A stretch of DNA of 64,000 nt from Tubiluchus corallicola. Its lineage: Eukaryota > Animalia > Priapulida. Below, in pieces: positions 61,401-64,000 of this stretch (the first letter of the stretch is position 1; every line of letters starts with the position of its first letter). Location: NCBI GenBank assembly GCA_030141605.1, contig JAQGDQ010000741.1, positions 15,246-79,245 of the forward strand, read 5' to 3'. Below the pieces are notes generated by a model, which was given only the letters and a program-made list of their open reading frames with translations, did no database searches and was not told the DNA's origin. The translations under genes were made by a program, and so were the position numbers.

Positions 61401-64000
61401 ACTGACTGTTGTGTTGATTTCAGGAACTGGCAAAGTGGAAGCAGGCAGTGACGTCAGTGGTGTTGATGGTAATGTTTGAGTTATTACAGTTGAAGTTGTG
61501 GGATTTGTTGTTTGTAGATACTCTTCAGTAGTTGTGAGGTTAGTCTCTAATGTCGGTGTGAATGGTGCAGAGATAGATGTGCTAGCCTCTGAAGTTTGAG
61601 TTGTTACAGTTGGAGTCGTGGCATTTGTTGATGGCAGATATTCTTCAGTAGTTGTGAGGTTGGATTCAAATATTGGTGTGAATGCGAAAGAGGTAGATGT
61701 GCTAGCCTCTGTAGTTTGAGTTGCATTTGATGACAATGTGGCACTGACTGTTGTGTTGATTTGAGGAGTTGGCAAAGTGGAAGCAGGCAGAGAGGACAGT
61801 GGTGTTGATGGTAACATTTGAGTTGTTACAGTTGGAGTTGTGGCATTTGTTGCTTGTAGATATTCTTCAGTAATAGTGAAGTTGGTCTCAAATGTTGGTG
61901 TGAATGGTGTAGAGGTAGTTGTGCTAGCCTCTGTAGTTTGACTTGCATTTGATGGCAATGTGGCACTGACTGTTGTGTTGATTTGAGAAACTGGCAAAGT
62001 GGAAGCAGGATGTGACGTCAGTGGTGTTGATGGTAACGTTTGAGTTGTTACAGTTGGAGTTGTGGCATTTGTTGTTTGTAGATACTCTTCAGTAATAGTG
62101 AAGTTGGTCTCTAATGTTGGTGTGAATGGTGCAGATGTAATTGTAGTAGCCTCTGTAGTTTGATTTACATTTGATGACAATGTGGCGCTGACTGTTGTGT
62201 TGATTTCAGGAACTAGCAAAGTGGAAGCAGGCAGAGAGGACAGTGGTGTTGATGGTAACATTTGAGTTGTTACAGTTGGAGTCGTGGCATTCGCCGTTTG
62301 TAGATACTCTTCAGTAGTTGTGAGGTTAGTCTCTAATGTCGGTGTGAATGGTGCAGAGATAGATGTGCTAGCCTCTGAAGTTTGAGTTGTTAGTGGTGTG
62401 GTTTGTTGTGTTTTTGTGTTGTGGGTGGTTGTTGTTGTTGCATTTGATGACAATGTGGTGCTGACTGTTGTGTTGATTTGAGAAACTGGCAAAGTGGAAG
62501 CAGGATGTGACGTCAGTGGTGTTGATGGTAACGTTTGAGTTGTTACAGTTGGAGTTGTGGCATTTGTTGTTTGTAGATACTCTTCAGTAATAGTGAAGTT
62601 GGTCTCTAATGTTGGTGTTAATGGTGCAGAGGTAATTGTAGTAGCCTCTGTAGTTTGAGTTGCATTTGATGACAATGTGCCGCTGACTGTTGTGTTGATT
62701 TGAGGAGTTGGCAAAGTGGAAGCAGGATGTGACGTCAGTGGTGTTGATGGTAACGTCTGAGTTGTTACAGTTGGAGTTGTGGCATTTGTTGTTTGTAGAT
62801 ATTCTTCAGTAGTTGTGAGGTTGGTCTCTAATGTTGGTGTTATGAATGCAGATGTAATTGTAGTAGCCTCAGTAGTTTGAGTTGCATTTGATGGCAATGT
62901 GGCGCTGACTGTTGTGTTGATTTCAGGAACTGGCAAAGTGGAAGCATGAAGTGATGTCAGTGGTGTTGATGGTAATGTTTGAGTTGTTACAGTTGGAGTT
63001 GTGGCATTTGTTGTTTGTAGATATTCTTCAGTAGTTGTGAGGTTGGTCTCTAATGTTGGTGTGAATGGTGCAGAGGTAATTGTAGTAGCCTCTGTAGTTT
63101 GAGTTGCATTTGATGGCAATGTGGCGCCGACTGTTGTGTTGATTTCAGGAACTAGCAAAGTGGACGCAGGCAGTGACATCAGTGGTGTTGATGGTAACGT
63201 TTGAGTTGTTACAGTTGGAGTTGTGGCATTTGCTGTTTGTAGATACTCTTCAGTAGTTGTGAGGTTGGTCTCTAATGTTGGTGTTAATGGTGCAGAGGTA
63301 ATTGTAATAGCCTCTGTAGTTTGAGTTGCATTTGATGACAATGTGGCACTGACTGTTGTGTTGATTTGAGGAGTTGGCAAAGTGGAAGCAGGAAGTGATG
63401 TCAGTGGTGTTGATGGTAATGTTTGAGTTGTTACAGTTGGAGTCGTAGCATTTGTTGTTTGTAGATACTCTTCAGTAGTTGTAATGTTGGATTCAAATGT
63501 TGGTGTGAATGGGAAAGAGGTAGATGTGCTAGCCTCTGTAGTTTGAGTTGCATTTGATGACAATGTGGCACTGACTGTTGTGTTGATTTCAGGAACTGGC
63601 AAAGTGGAAGCAGGCAATGACGTCAGTGGTGTTGATGGTAACGTTTGAGTTGTTACAGTTGGAGTAGTGGCATTTGTTGTTTGAAGATATTCTTCAGTAG
63701 TTGTGAGGTTAGTCTCAAATGCTGGTGTAAATGGTGCAGAGGTAATTGCAGTAGCCTCTGTAGTTTGAGTTGCATTTGATGGCAATGTGGCACTGACTGT
63801 TGTGTTGGCCTGAAAATCTGGCAAAGTTGATGCAGGCAAAGATGTCGTTTGTGTTAGTGGTAGCATTTCAGTTGTCATAACTGGAGCTGTAACATTCGTT
63901 GTTTCAAAATATTCCTTAGTAGTTGTAATGTTGGACTCCAGCATTGTTGTGACTGGTACAGATGACATTGTGCTAGTTTCCATAGTTTCCGTTGCATTTG
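49485..64000 (-). CDS. Giant mucin-like (PTS-rich) glycoprotein, 3' part; 5'-partial, with one uninterrupted frame of at least 14.5 kb
   Basis: 4832-aa ORF (49485..63983). The frame stays open upstream of the ATG to the window edge (..NATET-M). Thr/Ser/Pro-dominated with in-frame tandem repeats whose length changes are multiples of 3. Stop is TAG at 49485-49487. No signal peptide, TM helix or Cys domain is visible in the window. Confidence 0.9.
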   Translation of the reverse strand, partial: NATETMETSTMSSVPVTTMLESNITTTKEYFETTNVTAPVMTTEMLPLTQTTSLPASTLPDFQANTTVSATLPSNATQTTEATAITSAPFTPAFETNLTTTEEYLQTTNATTPTVTTQTLPSTPLTSLPASTLPVPEINTTVSATLSSNATQTTEASTSTSFPFTPTFESNITTTEEYLQTTNATTPTVTTQTLPSTPLTSLPASTLPTPQINTTVSATLSSNATQTTEAITITSAPLTPTLETNLTTTEEYLQTANATTPTVTTQTLPSTPLMSLPASTLLVPEINTTVGATLPSNATQTTEATTITSAPFTPTLETNLTTTEEYLQTTNATTPTVTTQTLPSTPLTSLHASTLPVPEINTTVSATLPSNATQTTEATTITSAFITPTLETNLTTTEEYLQTTNATTPTVTTQTLPSTPLTSHPASTLPTPQINTTVSGTLSSNATQTTEATTITSAPLTPTLETNFTITEEYLQTTNATTPTVTTQTLPSTPLTSHPASTLPVSQINTTVSTTLSSNATTTTTHNTKTQQTTPLTTQTSEASTSISAPFTPTLETNLTTTEEYLQTANATTPTVTTQMLPSTPLSSLPASTLLVPEINTTVSATLSSNVNQTTEATTITSAPFTPTLETNFTITEEYLQTTNATTPTVTTQTLPSTPLTSHPASTLPVSQINTTVSATLPSNASQTTEASTTTSTPFTPTFETNFTITEEYLQATNATTPTVTTQMLPSTPLSSLPASTLPTPQINTTVSATLSSNATQTTEASTSTSFAFTPIFESNLTTTEEYLPSTNATTPTVTTQTSEASTSISAPFTPTLETNLTTTEEYLQTTNPTTSTVITQTLPSTPLTSLPASTLPVPEINTTVSATLSSNATQTTEASTSTSFAFTPIFESNLTTTEEYLPSTNATTPTVTTQTSEASTSISAPFTPTLETNLTTTEEYLQTANATTSTVTTQMLPSTPLSSLPASTLLVPEINTTVSATLPSNANQTTEATTITSAPFTPAFETNLTITEEYLQTTNATTPTVTTQTLPSTPLTSHPASTLPVSQINTTVSDTLPSNATQTTEASTTTSTPFTPTFETNFTITEEYLQTTNATTSTVTTQTSEANTSISAPFTPTLETNLTTTEEYLQTANATTPTVTTQTLPSTPLTSLPASTLPVPEINTTVGTTLSSNATQTTEATTITSAPFTPTLETNLTTTEEYLQTTNATTSTVTTQTLSSTPLTSLPASTLLVPEINTTVSATLSSNATQTTEAITITSAPLTPTLETNLTTTEEYLQTTNATTPTVTTQMLPSTPLSSLPASTLLVPEINTTVSATLPSNATQTTEATTITSATFTPTLETNLTTTEEYLQTANATTPTVTTQMLPSTPLTSLPASTLLVPEINTTVGVTLPSNATQTNEATAITFAPFTPTFVSNLTTTEEYLQTANATTPTVITQTLPSTPLTSLPASTLPVPEINTTVSATLPSNATQTTEATTITFAPFTPTLETNLTTTEEYLPSTNATTPTVTTQTSEASTSISAPFTPTLETNLTTTEEYLQTTNPTTSTVTTQMLPSTPLSSLPASTLLVPEINTTVSATLSTNVNQTTEATTITSAPFTPAFETNLTITEEYLQTTNATTPTVTTQTLPSTPLTLLPASTLPVPQINGTVSATLPSNASQTTEASTTTSTPFTPTFETNFTITEEYLQATNATTPTVTTQMLSSTPLTSLPASTLLVPEINTTVGTTLPSNATQTTEATTITSAPLTPPLETNLTTTEEYLQTTNATTPTVTTQTTEASTSTSFAFTPIFESNITTSEEYLQTTNVTTPIITSQNQTLPSTPMTSLHASTLPVSQILTTVSTTLSSNATQTTGTSTITPAFKPNLTSIEEHRQTTNVTAPIITTKSLPSILTTSLPKHTLPVSQMNLTISTTLESNATQTTGTSTIVTVPVVTAFNVTTTEEYIETTNVTTPVTTTETSASKPMTSQPGSALPVPQINTTVSSTLASNVTQTKETSTALSVPFTSAAEPNLTTPAVPTLPQTQLSTLPASVLPVSQANATHGITAASSATQATETSTITPALVTTAFVATIEENLQTTPNVTRPITASRTLPATPMTSLPSSVLPVSQMNTTVGTPLASSTTQAVEASTIIPELATTAAPSTPTQTFITSWTTNFTQVSQPALTSTSSTSTTSAMSTGTQTTNGSTLKPILVTSAIKSNISTTPAYAENSNITTTAAVTRALVPTTWTSLIALTSPVQEINSTVSSTMVLNVKQTIKGVTSTPVPVTPTSEQNVTTTARYPETTKFETPVAASQTLPSTSLTTSSASTLVTPRLNATVITTRVPNAAEINPIVSTVVSTVVSSTNAATQGVPSQTLYPVASTTLNKLLTTSATQTTKNAYNSSTTTKHVQTENATPPVTTSELASLKMSASTAMTTVSTKISNNFTSNASQPTLSTREMAAPGETVEQNVTATTKHFKPTSATLQSVSSKGPTSSLQTTAVSQTSTQSNELLNATFATKFPNKSTSLPVAQPNITVTKITAATSNFTNAKMTTASLQAGYSTVPAIVTKLTKQVSATQVPSTSAQRVEQQTTKSENITTSTNKQLTSAILELGRTISALTVSPSYAATRPGTTTGSSRTMPLPSTPTEGRSKLQTTILLQPTTTAAAKFNTPIQQTTKLVTPAGPPQTATTTSTKHLTVTTLPKEVFINQTTMTGLQSPLTTTAASKLSTMFEIVTPKTTKLLQSTENPKTTLPVAELISEKVANTAFVEQTELTTLEMPGATDLPQTEAATRPPPATQITPVVQTLKTTNSSPFTNFPSAPTSTSKMVLLPSLKPIRPQQSTITSSSQGTVSTLPTTKTSTKISSSLPVLLTKATELLETKEQTPSSISTSTKTVIPPTTAEITSAMPVGITNTPTSLATTSAKEPIPASALLTSETTLQLPATLTKSVTPVQQQHSTARELQTTSSKKQKLTTISQQQSNSPSGESLATTATVLQPTTLVPTVLPEPAIGFATATSTMSSGATTTAAFKFLTSAQQTTEFVTSIGPSQSAATTATKQPTVTTSPTAKTSKEVPVRQTTMTELLPLLSTSTVVSELSTNLFKTSTPKTTKLSPTTANPKTTPPVVAIVTTNVPSTALVEQTEPTNLEMPSITDLLQTTATTRKLPTTQEVPVVRTLTSTKTSSFTNVPPAATSTSKMVFLPSLKPISPQQSTTNTFLQTTLPNTKALPEISSSLPVGVTKATEILETKEQPPLSISTPTKTVIPPTTPKITSAMPVGITNTPTSLTTTSAKETIPASALLTSETTLQLPATLTKSVTPVQQQHSTARELQTTSSKKQKLTTISQQQSNSPSGESLATTATVLQPTTLVPTVLPEPAIGFATATSTMSSGATTTAAFKFLTSAQQTTEFVTSIGPSQSAATTATKQPTVTTSPTAKTSKEVPVRQTTMTELLPLLSTSTVASELSTNLFKTSTPKTTKLSPTTANPKTTPPVAAIVTTNVPSTALVEQTEPTNLEMPSITDLLQTTATTRKLPTTQVVPVVRTLTSTKTSSFTNVPPAATSTSKMVFLPSLKPISPQQSTTNTFLQSTLPNTKALLPEISSSLPVGVTKATEILETKEQPPLSISTPTKTVITPTTPKITSAMPVGMTNTPTSLATTSAKESVLSSVPLTIETTLQLPVAPMQQQQSTAGGYQITSSRKQTSATVSDLQTNKPTGESLATTATVLQPTTLVPTVSPEPVIGFATATTTMSPMLSASTQQSTVMNETPHTVTAKLSTTSEQAVSLSQLIKSSLVATTVTTRKKQQGLTTEPFRGENLMTEKLQSSIRPTTATSATNQLQHISPKVTTLAATVELQPAMKTVRAKPTLLSTAAFMTSQLQTSPSSTKYTSRETTVSSGAAATSSHITGELQITDFNELSTAGRKLTTATQQPLAATVVKTPVIVSETVSSFKEPLNTALSTSDLRTIPSSTVRAMVEASTKSLVKSSTTPIPLVSKTVDQTAQTSAALSSSTITKLPLITYPLPEVTLTTETPTPPAELPKSSVILRGPDKPKQKEKHLKTYVSKKKVHGTKHTTLETPKSTSISTSSFMQPPPKFSKMSSVAPLEQITPISETTTSTVLELVSPTVPLEMQITTSALPTSASAFEYQAPIGVTPTLSTPSNMQSSVPLTPTLTEPHELVPPVPIITSAPTVSSQLPTTLPKAPLPTMSYPISVTSVPQQPMTTAQATTVESLSVTSEELSLIPETPNMITAQLRPVASASPVETVKLSNLNTKQPKIYSKYYNIKKKVYKENKQNATTPTSMPTGPLQPTENVQPVLTSVEPAEQLNSVQPKPFPTVALGQPYSERKISTLTAPTLLPKTSASTAFSPAPMIQSSTAPSTVATFPSRTVSVPGTTFVITASSGLSPLITGQLNAATLRQPTSPVVRTRPGASLKPPLPTAELTSSPLVTPTPIVSATKLPVSTPAPERGAPLPTQELPVSVSTSEPPQTIDTLLTATSMALTSSKAPTKPENKPKNKIYHFKEYINKKKIYKDMQPNPAAPLLKTTINLMKSSMQTEKPAIAFATAPFAVPATKWSELKTETASKASLPRASIFGKQTFTTYEPPRSSSVIGGLTTTANLPWASPGQLLSTSTTTLTRRTPVSSSKILTAILTSSSSVAPTNSGKDKPKKSRNWFKEYVRKKKVHRIKSEDTVAAAKLQTSSIPTSLEPETSINPLITKIPTPEILPPKQNSLLPQGARINAGFPSQIGPTAQSAVSTLAVVSTTRGTMANPTVSSLPSKLSSSLTVPLVNNPAAVMRAQPNTTPGTSTADATPLIQVKTDAIQTSPPPTAKKKRKKKKHTKEYVEKKKKHRRKNKN
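52820..56070 (-). repeat. Coding ~1101-bp (367-aa) internal multiplication, about 3 units
   Basis: Near-identical sequence at offset 1101 (53335/54436, 54103/55204), plus more diverged or partial flanking copies. Confidence 0.9.
58500..63950 (-). repeat. Coding tandem array: 222-bp (74-aa) units interspersed with five 120-bp (40-aa) short units
   Basis: The TCTTCAG anchor (EEY codons) recurs at 63691, 63469, 63247, 63025... every 222 bp. Spacings of 120 bp occur at 61642/61522, 61300/61180, 60736/60616, 59506/59386 and 58720/58600. About 26 EEY units. Confidence 0.95.

Overview
AT-rich, repeat-dense animal genomic DNA. It is probably from a non-arthropod invertebrate: there are TTAGGG-type repeats, a 5S rRNA copy resembling lophotrochozoan 5S, and a tRNA-derived SINE. 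The taxon is an inference. The only convincing protein-coding sequence is one uninterrupted minus-strand frame of at least 14.5 kb (49485 to beyond 64000), encoding a Thr/Ser/Pro-rich mucin-like protein in which I found no Cys. Its architecture is unusual: an acidic 74-aa tandem repeat with four N-glycosylation sequons and an EEY motif per unit, a ~367-aa internal multiplication, and five copies of an unrecognised basic motif (K-x-Y-[VIN]-x-KKK-[VIK]-[HY]) ending at the stop codon. The first ~49 kb contains TTAA-flanked (Kolobok-like) MITE families, hAT- and Tc1/mariner-like MITEs (one nested), solo LTRs, LINE 3' fragments, SINEs, a deleted 5S rRNA copy, a palindromic Penelope-like relic carrying two variant hammerhead ribozyme cores, telomere-like repeats, several minisatellites, many compound microsatellites and an assembly gap. 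Most short ORFs in the track are microsatellite or antisense artefacts.
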